Source: Leucoraja erinacea
Lineage: Eukaryota
Assembly: GCF_028641065.1 (NCBI RefSeq)
Contig: NC_073390.1
Coordinates: 25,110,001-25,174,000, forward strand
DNA: 64,000 nucleotides
Reading direction: 5' to 3'
In this document: in pieces, positions 1 through 10,770 of the stretch
Layout: each line of letters starts with the position of its first letter
Position numbering within the stretch: the first letter of the stretch is position 1
Notes under the pieces: generated by a model
What the model was told of the DNA's origin: nothing
The model's database searches: none
The model's input: only the letters and a program-made list of their open reading frames with translations
Translations under genes and position numbers: made by a program

Positions 1-58
1 TTCTTGAATGATAGAATAGGGAGGAGACAATTGGGAGACTTCTCTTTGTGATTGTACG

Positions 59-190
59 CTTTACTTCAGACTTTGGAGATACAGCACGGAAACGGCCCCT
101 TCGACGCACGGGAAGCGCGCCGATCAGCGATCACCCCGTGCACTAGCACTGACTATCCTACACGCGAGGGACAATTTACATTTTATTTAA
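59..190 (-). mobile_element. HE1-like V-SINE, 3' fragment
   Basis: Matches the 3' half of the SINE copies at 8101-8419 and 61653-61947 (GAGATACAGCACGGAAAC..GGCCCTTC, CTATCCTACAC, GGGACAATTTACA). Confidence 0.7.
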
Positions 191-299
191 CAGGAGACCC
201 TAGCCCTCCCCGGGGGGGGGGTGGGGGGGGGGGGGGGCATGAGGTGCGCTGTGGGTAGGGGCTTCACCAGGAGGGGCTTGCTGCGGCCACCTTAGGCTG

Positions 300-476
300 A
301 AGCGCGGAGCTAGCAGACATGGGGGCGGCGTCTCACACACACACGCGCACGCGCGTTCCCGAGGCGGCAGGGGCGGGAGCGCGCGTCCGTGGCGGGAACG
401 GGAGCGCGCACAATAGGTGTGGTGGTATAGCAGCTTCAGCAGTTCCAAGATCGGCGCGGCGAGGCTCCAGGACCAG
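300..476 (+). promoter_or_regulatory. CLDN1: CpG-rich promoter and probable non-coding first exon of CLDN1
   Basis: CpG-dense stretch with GC box GGGGCGGG (~370). It ends in a donor-like CAG|GTACCG (GT at 477). A strong acceptor sits 2 nt before the CLDN1 ATG (AG at 1167-1168). TSS cannot be determined. Confidence 0.5.
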
Positions 477-1170
477 GTACCGCGGGGGTTGGGGCGGGAT
501 GGGCATTTGGAGGGGGGGTCAGTGGCCGTGGAAGTGGAAGTCTCAGGGGCTGGGGTGAGATCCCTCTCCCGAGGGGTGGGGTGGTCTGGGGTGGGCTGGG
601 GTGAGATCCCTCTCCCGGGGGCTGGGCTGGGCTGGGGTGGTGGTTTTTCTGTTCGGGATGTTTCTGTCCACCCAGCTGGGACGGGATGGGGGTGAGCGGA
701 CCTGGCAGAGGGTGGTCGTGCTCAGGCTTGGGAGGGGAGGGGAAGGGGTGGCTGGGTGGTGTCTGCGGACTATCCCTCTCGCGTGGGGAGCTCTGGATGT
801 GGAAGGGGGAGAGAGGCTGGGGGGGGGGGGTCTTTCTGGGGGCGAAAGCGGAAGGGTAATTGAATTGTATTGGGGGCGAAAGGGTTGGGTGGAGAGCAGA
901 GGTGGTTTCTGTGTGGGTTTGGATGAGGAGGTGGGGAGGGTGCTCTGGGGTTTGTGTTTAGGAGGGGGTTGGGGTCTAGATTTGGTGGTCAGGGGGATAC
1001 CTGAGTTTGGAGCGGGGAGGGGTTGCCTGGGTTGGTTTGGAAGGGAAGGGGGCTCTGTGGTTTGGGAGAGGAGAGGATGTGGGTCTGGAGGAGGGGGAGT
1101 GGTTGTGTTTGGTCGGTGATGAGGACCCTCTCCCTAATCTCCTTCCCCCACACCCCACCTCTGCTCAGAC

Positions 1171-1393
1171 ATGGCGAACGCGGGTTTCCAGATGCTGGGC
1201 TTTGCCCTGGCGCTACTGGGCTTGGTAGGGGTGATCACCAGCACGGCGCTGCCCCAGTGGAGGACCTCGTCCTATGCCGGAGACAACATCGTCACCGCCC
1301 AGGCCATCTACGAGGGGCTGTGGATGTCGTGCGTGGCCCAGAGCACCGGGCAGGTGCAGTGTAAGGTGTACGACTCCATGCTGCAACTCGGCG
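1171..1393 (+). CDS. CLDN1: Claudin-1, coding exon 1
   Basis: [74 protein letters not shown] has the claudin W...GLW..C...C signature. Length 223 nt, donor GTGAGT at 1394, phase 1; same size as the human CLDN1 coding exon 1 as recalled. Confidence 0.93.
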
Positions 1394-2689
1394 GTGAGTG
1401 GGGGAGGGCGAGCGGGGAGGGGTGAGAGGGTGGGGGGAGGGGGGGGGGAGGGGTGAGAGGGTGGGGGGAGGGGAGGGTGACAGGGTGGGGGGGCGGTGGG
1501 GTTTGGTTTGGGTCGAGGGGGGCAGTGGGTTGGGGTGGAGTCAAGGTGTGGGTGCTGGGGTCTGTCAGGGTGGTGACTGGGTTGAGCCAAAAGGGGGGGG
1601 GGGGGGGGGTCTGTGATGGTGGGGGGGGGGGGGAGACAGCAGGCCTGCGGCGGGTGGAGGTCTCATGGCAGGGGCAGAGTGAGATCAGTGGGTCAGGTTG
1701 GTGGAGGGGAGGTCGGGTCGAGAGGTGCGTTGAGGTGGGAGGGCTGGTGGGGGGATGGAATTGGGGGCTGTCGGCTTGGGGAAGGGGTTGAAGGACAGGG
1801 GCGGTGGGGAGGGGAGGGATTACAGTGCTGTGAGTGTGTGTACTGTAGTCCCGGTGAATGACCAGGTTTTGTGAGGGATGGACAGGAGCCGCCTGGGTTG
1901 GAATTCCCCCCCCCCCCCCCCCCCCCCTCCCCTGACCTCAGAAGGTACACTTGTGACCCAGGAGATGGGTTGAACCCAGTTTCTGGAGCCTCTGGAACAG
2001 GTAAAAGTGACAAAGTGAAGACTGGTGGAGGATGCAACATGTCGGTGTAGATATGTACAAGACACATGGGCTGACCAGTGTCAGGGTCTTCTGATTCATT
2101 GCCCTCAAGCTCTGATTGCTAAGTTTTCCAATCACACACAGGTAGGGAGGGTAAGTACGTTGATGGTCACCAGACAGATGTGGAGCAGTTCAGTAGGTGG
2201 GCAACGGTCTGGGAAATAACCTGGCAAAATGTGGAATTGCTGTTGTTGGCAGGTGGCGAGAAGGCTGTGGAGGTTGAGGGTTTGGATCCATCAGTAATGT
2301 CCCTGCACTTCACAAACACGGTTATCAATGTGGGGAAAAAATGGCTCAGAAAGATAGGCGCAGGGAGTGGTCTGGTGCAAGATGGATTTGTTAAAGCAAG
2401 TCAGGATGGATTTGTTTAGGCAAATTGTTTTTAACTGACAGAATACTTTGATGAGGTAATGGATTCAAGTTGACTAGTCAGGTTTATTGTCCTGGCTACA
2501 AGTACAGTGAGGTGCAATGTGAATCCTGCTCACTGCAGGATTGCTGAGAGTAGTGCAGCGGATGTGGTGAATATGGACTTCCTCGAGGGTCTTTGATGAG
2601 TTGCCTACTAACAGCCCGCTCAGTAAAGTTAGCACTTGGCATTAAGGGATGTTGACGGCGTGAGTGTGAAGCCGGCCAAGACCATTGAG

Positions 2690-2960
2690 ACCATAGACAG
2701 GTAATGTTTCAGGTTGGGACCCTTCTTCACCCTGATTGTAAGGAGGTGCGGAGATGGGGGGAGAAGCTGGAAGAGAGGAGAGGCAGGACAAAGCCTTGCA
2801 GGTAATCGGTGGATACAGGTGAGGGTTTTTTTGATAGGTAATTGGTTGGACAAAGGCCAGAGATCAAAAGACAGAAAGTGTGATACAAAAGGATAAAATT
2901 GTGAATCGTGAAGCCAGGAAGGAGTGAAGATAGAGGTGAAGAAGGAGCGGATAGATTGGA
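2690..2960 (-). mobile_element. Penelope-like 3' tail with degenerate hammerhead motif
   Basis: Reverse strand reads GTGAAGAAGGGTCCCAACCTGAAACATTACC, homologous to the tail of the GIY-YIG element at 26330-26618. Confidence 0.6.
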
Positions 2961-3634
2961 CCAAGACCTGGTAGGGCCCAGGAGGGGGGGGGGGGGGGGG
3001 GCAGAAGGAGCGTGGGGGAGGGGGTGTTTGTATACTACTGGGTGTAAGCAACCCACATATGCTGTTCTTCCTGAATGTGAACCTTCTTCATACTTTCCCT
3101 CATGATCTTATACACCTCTAAGATCACCTCTAGGTCTCCTACACCCCAATCTAGCCTGTCAAATGTCTCCCTACAGCTTAGGCCCTCGAGCCTTGGCAGC
3201 AGAACTCCTTTTCCTGCTCAATAACATCTATCCAATAGCAGGATGAACACAATACTCCAAGTAGGGCCTCACCACCATTTTGTACAAGTGTAACATTACG
3301 TCGCAATTTCTCTACTCATCCCTGGCTGCCAAAGGCCAGCGAGCCAAAAGACTGCAATGCCTGTCCTGTCCTGTCCTGCCAGATGTGTTTTACTCGCATA
3401 CCTCTGAGTCGGTATGTGTAATACTTGTAAGTGTTGGGACACGTCGTGAGAACACAGCATTGAGAGCCTGGGCTTTGTAAACAGGAGGGTGAGAGCAGAG
3501 GCAACGAGGTGGGGAATCACTGGTTAGTTCACAGTCTCGTGTCCACCCCTCACCTCCTGGAGGTGAAGCTCCCAGGGAGGGGGGCAGAGATTTACTCGAA
3601 CGTTCCAGGTTTGAGGGAGGTCAGCCGAGGGTTA

Positions 3635-4025
3635 GAAACATAGAAACATAGAAAATAGGTGCAGGAGGAGGCCATTCGGCCCTTCGAGCCAGCACCGCCA
3701 TTCATTGTAATAATGGTTGATCGTCCCCTAACCCATGCCTGCCTTCTCCCCATATCCCTTAACTCCACTAGTCCCTAGAGCTCTATCTAATTCTCTCTTA
3801 AATCCATCTGTGGCAGGGAATTCCATGAATTCACAACTCTCAGGGTGAAAACGTTTTTTTCTCACCTCAGTCTTAAATGACCTCCCCTTTATTCTAAGAC
3901 TGTGGCCCCTGGTTCTGGACTCGCCCAACATTGGGAACATTTTTCCTGCATCTGACTTGTCCAGTCCTTTTATAATTGTATATGGTTCTATAAGAATCCC
4001 CCTCATCCTTCTAAACTCCAGTGAG
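3635..4025 (-). mobile_element. CR1/HER1-like LINE 3' fragment
   Basis: ORF 3728-4081 contains LEFRRMRGILIEPYTIIKGLD...ESRTRGHSLRIKG, the CR1 ORF2 C-terminus; (TAGAAACA)n tail on the + strand at ~3634. Confidence 0.85.
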
Positions 4026-4710
4026 ACTGAAGAAGATGTGCCGTATACCACGCGGAGTAAGAAAGATGAGTGGACACTCACATCAATGACAGGTCAGGTG
4101 GGATAGGTAGAGGGCTGTTGTCATTGTTACTTATTCATTATGATACAGACAGAGGCTAATCGGCCCATCCGGAAATGCTGACTCACAGGGATGTAATCCT
4201 GTTGGCCTCATTCCCCCTCCTCGTTTTCCCTGTAACCCTGCAACTCTGCAGAATGGGAGCTATTAGTAAATGAGAGACTGATAGCAGCAAGGAAGGAGAT
4301 GATGTGCCCCACCTTTCCCAGGGAGACGTACCTGGAGGGTTAAACGGTTAATGCAAGATTTATCCTACATTTGTTTGTTTAATTACCTGCTATATCATCC
4401 ACAAGGCAGGTTAGAACAGAACAGTTCTCAGCGCTGGTGGTAAACAGCGAGACTGTGAGTGGCAGACCCAGCCTACGTGGCAGTCTTGGCGGTGACTCAT
4501 GTGCCACAGAGAGAGAGTCTGGCCCTGAGACAATAATCACCACTGGACCCTACTTTGCGAATAACTCGTGTATGATCCCCCTCCGTGCCCCACCATCACA
4601 GTCTGTGTACAGCCTCTGTGTGTGGCATCTCCCACAAGATGAGTGTTTCCAGCCAGTGTCTCCGAGCTCCCCTGCACATGGTGAATGCTCTGGCCCCCGC
4701 CCGGTCTGTT

Positions 4711-5071
4711 TGGTTTAGTTTATTATCGCATGGACCTAGGTTCAGAGAAAAGCTTTTTCGTAGCGTGCTTTCCAGTCAGCGGAAAGACGACACTGGATTA
4801 CAATCAAGCCAGTTAGGGTAAAGGGAGTATTGGTTAGTGCAAGATAAACTCCAGTGAAGTCCGATTAAAGATAGTTCGAGGCTCTCCAATTAGGTCGTTG
4901 GTGGGTCAGGACCACCCTCTAGTTGGTGATTGGATGGCTCAGCTGCCTGAAGGAACTGGAAAGAAACTGTCCAGAATCTGGAGGTGTGCGTTTACACACT
5001 TCTGTATCTTTTGCCTGATGGGAGAGGGAAGAAGAGGGAGTGTCTGGGGTGAGACTGATCCTTGATGGTGG
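4711..5071 (-). mobile_element. Rex1/Babar-like LINE 3' end
   Basis: Minus strand translates IKDQSHPRHSLFFPLPSGKRYRS, the Rex1/Babar C-terminal motif. Related tails occur at ~14707, 37225, 50950, 57200 and 58320. Confidence 0.7.
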
Positions 5072-5845
5072 CATGCGGAAAGCAGAAAGGGGTGGAGATG
5101 GGAAGATGTGGCCAGTAGTGGGATCTCGTTGGAGATGGCAAACGTGTTGGAGGATTATATGCTGTATGCAACGGCTGATGGGGTGGAAGGTGAAGACAAG
5201 GGGGACTCTGTCCTTGTTACGAATGGGGGGAGGGGGAGCAAGAGTGGAGCTGCGGGATATCGAGGAGACCCTAGTGAGGGCCTCATCTATAATTGAAGAG
5301 GGGAACCCCCATTTCCTAAAGAATGGGGACATCTCCGATGATCTTGTATGGAACACCTCATCCTGGGTGCAGATACGACGTAGACGGAATTGGGAGTAGG
5401 GGATAGAGTCTTTACAGGAAGCAGGGTGGGAAGAAGTGTAGTCTAGATAGCTATGGGAGTCAGTAGGTTTGTTGTAGATGTCGGCCAATAGTCTGTCTCC
5501 TGTGATGGAGACGGTGAGATCCAGAAACGGTAGATAGATGTTGGAGATGGTCCAAGTGAATTTGAGTGCAGGATGGAAATTAGTGGTGAGGTTGATGAGG
5601 TCAGTGAGTTCTGCATGGGTGCAGGAGGGAGCACAGATGCAGTCGTCAATGCAGCAGAGGTAGAGTTCGGGGATAGGGCAGTGTACGCCTGGAACAGTGA
5701 TTGTTTGACGTACCCTACAAAGAGGCCGGCATAGCTGGGGCCCATGCGAGTGCCAAAGTTACGCCTTGGACTTGGAGGAAATAGGAAGTGTGGAAGGAGA
5801 AGTTGTTGAAGGGTAAGGACCAGCTCTGCTAGGCGGCGGAGGAGA
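5072..5845 (-). mobile_element. Penelope-like element, RT/thumb fragment (frameshifted)
   Basis: MGPSYAGLFVGY...; DIYNKPTDSHSYLDYTSSHPASCKDSIPYSQFRLRRIC...RVPLVFTFHP are typical Penelope RT C-terminal motifs; homologous to 25625-25870. Confidence 0.85.
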
Positions 5846-6328
5846 GTATTAGTAGACTTTATGACTTATTGTTCAGGCCAGGTAGGGAATTGGCCAGTGT
5901 GTTCCTCATAGTGTGTGACTTAAACCGCGGTTTGTGCAGTCATATGTTTAGTTTATTATTTTCACATGTACCGAGGTACAGTGAAATGCCTTTTTGGTGA
6001 AATGATCCCATTAGCCTCAGCAAAGTTGGTTGGTGAAAGCTGAGGACCGGCAGGCAGTTCCTTGCTGGTGTCCAAGGCAAGAATTGTCCCTCCGCTAACA
6101 CCGGGAGTCATCAACAGTGTATTTATTCACTGGGCGTTTGTGGGGGATTTCTATGTAGACGCCGGTCGCCACGCTGAATATTTCAGTGACTGCAAAGGAG
6201 AGTTTGGGATTGGCTGTAGTGAGGTCAGAATTCCTAAATCTGAGAAGGACAATATACCAATTGAAAATTTGCAAAATCTGGAGTAATGTAGAGCCCCCCT
6301 GTAAAGGCTGACCTCTGTCCTCCCTCAG

Positions 6329-6493
6329 GCACTCTACAGGCTACACGAGCACTAATGATCATCAGCATCATGCTGGGAGGCCTGGCGCTGTTGATTGCTG
6401 TCACGGGAATGAAGTGCACAACCTGCTTAGCGGACGATGAGGTGAAGAAGGCGAAGGTTGCAGGCATTGGCGGAGTGTTCTTCATCATCTCAG
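6329..6493 (+). CDS. CLDN1: Claudin-1, coding exon 2
   Basis: Acceptor TCCCTCAG (AG 6327-6328); (G)TLQATRALMIISIMLGGLALLIAVTGMKCTTCLADDEVKKAKVAGIGGVFFIIS; donor CAG|GTACTT; 165 nt, phase 1/1. Confidence 0.93.
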
Positions 6494-7833
6494 GTACTTC
6501 ATTAACGTCCATGTATTTAACATCCATTGGCCATTATTTGTCACCTCCTCAAGACACTCTGAAGTTAGTAAGACCTGACCTCCCTCCACACAATACCAGG
6601 ATCAATATCCTGTTCTGGACATGTAAATCCTATGCAGTAGGATCTTCTCCAATCATTCCCATACCACTGATGGCAGGCTCTTGGTTTGTCTTGCATGCTC
6701 TTCTTAATCAGAGGAACGAGGCTGGCCACTCTCCAGTCCACCGGAGACCTCACCTAAGACTAGAGAAGATACCATGATATTCGTAAAGGCCCCAGCAATG
6801 TCTTCTCGCCTCTGTCAATAATCTGTGACTGATCTCGTCAGGCCCTGGGGACATCCCACCTTAATGTTCTTCAAGAGCCCCCAACACCACCTTGCTCTAG
6901 AATATCAGCCTACCCTGATCTCATGACCCTCCGCGTTATAGGGTAGGGAGAGAGGCCCTTCAGCCCAACCTATCAATTCTGACCAAGATGGGCACAGGGA
7001 TATGGAGGGATATGGAACATGTGAAGGTTGGGGAGAATAGTAAAGGTGGCCTTGTGTTCTGAATTATGTCTTTGAGTCATGGACTAGGGAGTTGACGAAG
7101 TTGGGAGGTTTCCTATACAGAATAGAAACAGCCCCTTCAGCCCAACCCATCCATGGCGACCAATGTGCCCCATCTAAGCTAACCCCAGTTAATCGTGTAT
7201 GGCTCATATCCTTCCATACCTTTCCTATCCATGTAAGTGTCCGTGTCCTTTAAATGGTGTTTTAGAACCTGCCTCAACTACCTCTTCCAGCAACTCATGC
7301 CATATACGCAGCATCCCCTGTCTGAAAAAGTTGCCCCTCAAGTTCCTATTAAATCTACCTTAAACCAGCATCCTCTGGTTCTTGATTCCCCTACTCTGGG
7401 TGAATTCAGATTGAATTGGCCAGATTCGTGTTGCGGGGGTGGGGAGGGGGTGACGGATGGATTGAAGGTGGGGGAGTGTGTGGGGGGAGGTGGGGGCATG
7501 TGTGGGGGGAGGTGGGGGATTGCGGGGTGGGCAAGGAGGGGGAGGTCAGGCTTGGATTGAGTTTGGGGAGGTGAGGGGTGGGGAAGTGGGTGAGAGGGGG
7601 ATTCTGGGTTCAATTGAGGTGGTGGGGGTGGTGAGGTGACGGGTGTGTGTGGGGGGTTGGAGATAAGCGTACTACCTGAGGATAACTGGGTAAGTTGGTA
7701 ATCGGTTTAGTCACTGCGTTTAACGCTGGGGATGATGAACCAATGCTGGGCTGGGGAAAGGTCATCACACTTTGCTCACTCTCTAACATGTCCAAGGTGT
7801 TGACCACAAATACTGACCCATCCTATTTCCCAG

Positions 7834-7918
7834 GGCTCCTGGCACTGATCGCCACTGCTTGGTTTGGACACAACATCGTACGGGAGTTCTATGACCCCTT
7901 CACTCCAGTCAACACTCG
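7834..7918 (+). CDS. CLDN1: Claudin-1, coding exon 3
   Basis: Acceptor TTTCCCAG; (G)[27 protein letters not shown](R); donor GTAAGC at 7919; 85 nt. Confidence 0.93.
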
Positions 7919-8100
7919 GTAAGCCATGGGAATGAAGCCCGAATTGACCCGATCTGAACCACCTTGCCGGGGTTTGAACGAGGCCGCAGGGAAGTGGGGC
8001 AGAGGGGGTGAGGAAAGGATGGATGTCAAAGGAAGACATCAGTGGGCTGATCAGCGGGCGAGGCAGTGAGCAGGGTCCAGGGCTGGGCTACATTTCTATA

Positions 8101-8419
8101 GACTTTACTTCAGACTTTAGAGATACAGCACAGAAACAGGCCCTTCAGCCCACGAGTCAGTGCCAACCAGCAATTACCCCAAACATTAACATTATCCGAC
8201 ACACTAAGGACAATTTATTAATTTACCAAAGCAAATTATCCTACAAACCTGTATGTCTTTGGAATGTTTGAGGAAACCAGAGCGCCTGGAGAAAACCAAC
8301 ATGGTCACAGGGAGAACCTACAAACTCCGTACAGAAATCAAGTGTGGCCCATAGTCAGGATCAAACCCAGGTCTCTGGTGTGCTGTAAGTGCGGCTGTAC
8401 CATTGCGCCACTGTGCTGC
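8101..8419 (-). mobile_element. HE1-like tRNA-derived V-SINE, near full length
   Basis: Minus strand begins GCAGCACAGTGGCGCAATGGTAC (A box) ... GGGTTTGATCC (B box), followed by the V-domain GGAGTTTGTAGGTTCTCCCTGTGACC and a CR1-like tail. Confidence 0.85.
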
Positions 8420-10011
8420 AATGGGTATTGATGGCCCCCTTTAATGCCGGGGGTCTCACAGATGAGGCAAAGGAACCAATGGTGTTGATGAATGCATGGG
8501 ATTCTTGTTTCTATCCTCATAACTTGCTCATTTAGTAGTTGCGCTGCAGATCAGCAGGTCCTGGCCATTCACTGACTTGTGGTCCCGACTAATTGTCTTG
8601 CATCACTCTTTTATATTAACACTAAATTCATTCAATTCCTCCTTTTCATTGATATTTGTTTTGATTTTATTTCACTCCATTATAGTCATGTGTACTGAGG
8701 TGCAATGAAAAAACACTAAAAAAGCTTTTTTGTAGTGTGCTCTCCAGTGAAAGAAAAGACCATTGACATTATTAGCAGGGTATAAACATAACCTTTAAGA
8801 GACATTTAGACAGGTACATGGATAGGAGAGGTTTAGTAGGATGTGGGCCAAGCACCGGCAGGTGGGACGTGTAGATGGGGCATGTTGGTCGGCACGGGCA
8901 GATTAGGCCAAAGGGCCTGTTTCCTCACTGTATGACTCTATACGTGATTACAATCAAGCCATCCACAGTGTACAGGGTTCATCCCAATTCTGGGAAGTGT
9001 TGGCGTTCTGTGCAGAGTCATCACAGGCTCCAACCAGCCTCACTCTACTCTGCACCCTCTCCCCTGTCTTCACCTCTGCCCGGCAAAGTTCTTGGGTAAT
9101 GAAGAGGGAGGAGATGGTTGTGACACTCGCTGCAAGGCTGGTTTACTCATGGCATTGACATTTGCAACTTGAGAAAAGTTGGCTGAGGTTGGTGAATCAC
9201 CAGGTGCTGATCCGGGGGTTGTCAGTCTGGAATTCTCTCCCACAGTTTGTGTAAACTGATTCATGGAGTCATAGAACCATACAGCGTGAAAGCAGGCCCT
9301 TCGGCCCAACCTGCCTATGCCGATCAACATGTCCCATCTACACTAGTCCCACATCCCTCTAAACCGGTCCTGTCGGTGTACCCGTCTAAATGTTTCTTAA
9401 ACATTGTGATGGTACCTGCCTCAACTACGTCCTTGGAAGTTTGTTCCATACACCATTCCCCCTTCTGTGTAAAGAAAGTTATCCCTCAGGTTCTTAATAA
9501 ATCTTTCCCCTCTCACCTTAAGCCTAAGTTCCCTGGTTCTTGATTCCCCCACTGTGGGTTAAAGACTCTGTGCATCTCCCCTATCAATTTCCCTCATGAT
9601 CCCATACACTCCATAAGATCACCCCTCATCCTCCTGTGCTCCAACGAATACAGTCCTAACCTGCTCAACCTCTCCCTGCAGCTCAGTCTCTCGAGTCCTG
9701 GCAACATCTTCGCCACATCCTGTTTTTTATGTAAACCAGCATCCGCAGTTCCTTGTTTCTATCCCTGTGGCTTCTTTGTTCAGTAATTGGGCTGCGGAAC
9801 ATCAGCACCTGGCCATTGATTGGATTGTCACCCCTACACATTTGTCTCGCATGCTATTTTTATATTAACACTAAATCCCTTTAGTTCCTCATTATCTTTA
9901 ACATTTACTTTCTTCCCGGTTCTGAGAAGTGTTGCCGTTCTGTGCAGACAAAGTCATCACAGACTGAACATATTTCTTGGGTAATGGCAAAGGCGGAGAT
10001 GGTTACATTTG

Positions 10012-10770
10012 TCAGCCCCATATCTAAGGAAGGATGTGCTGGCTGTGGAGAAGGTCCAGAGGAGGTTTATGAGAATGATCCCAGGAATGATTGAGTTAAC
10101 ATATGATGAGCATTTGACAGCACTGGGCCTGTACTCACTGGGGTTTAGAAGGATGAGGGGGAGACCTCATTGAAACTTACCGAATAGTGGAAGGCCTGGA
10201 TAGAGTGGATGTGGAGTGGATGTTTCCACTAGTGGGAGAGTCTAGGGCCCGAGGCCATAGCCTCAGAATAAAAGGACATACCTTTAGAAAGGATATGAGG
10301 AGTGTAAAGGAGTGATGTCTAACACACTGTGATCTTTACTGAGTCCTTTATTATAGCACATGGCACACATGTCCCAGCACTGACTGCCTCTAGTCTTCAG
10401 GCGTGCTGGAACCAACAGGGAGGAACAAAGGGAGGATCTCACAGTTATACTGATATGGGTAGGCGTGGTTAGTGGTATTGAGGTAACTACGCTATAGGCT
10501 GCATGCATAAACCATCTACAAGGAGGAATTTCTTTAGTCAAAGGATGATGAATCGGTGGAATTCATTGCCACACGCGTCTGTGGAAGCCAGGTCAATGGA
10601 GATTTTTAAGGCAGAAATTGATAGATTCTTGATTAGCAAGGGTGTCAGGAGTTATGGGGAGAAGGCAGGAGAATGGAATGGGAAAGGTAGACTCCCAGCC
10701 GTGTAGACTCCCAGCATAGACTCGATGGACCGATTGGCCTCATTCTGCTAATGCAACATGAATATGAGCT
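10012..10770 (+). mobile_element. CR1/HER1-like LINE 3' fragment, interrupted by a solo LTR
   Basis: Translates PYLRKDVLAVEKVQRRFMRMIPG...ESRARGHSLRIKG; resumes after 10520 with RNFFSQRMMNRWNSLP. Confidence 0.85.
10303..10520 (-). mobile_element. Solo LTR (218 bp)
   Basis: TGTA...TACA termini and a perfect 5-bp TSD AGGAG (10298-10302, 10521-10525); removing it restores the CR1 sequence. AATAAA on the minus strand at 10347-10352. Confidence 0.8.

Noticed and set aside
6494-6777. Extension of the claudin exon 2 ORF
   Set aside because: Read-through past the donor at 6494; the 165-nt exon splices in frame to exon 3.
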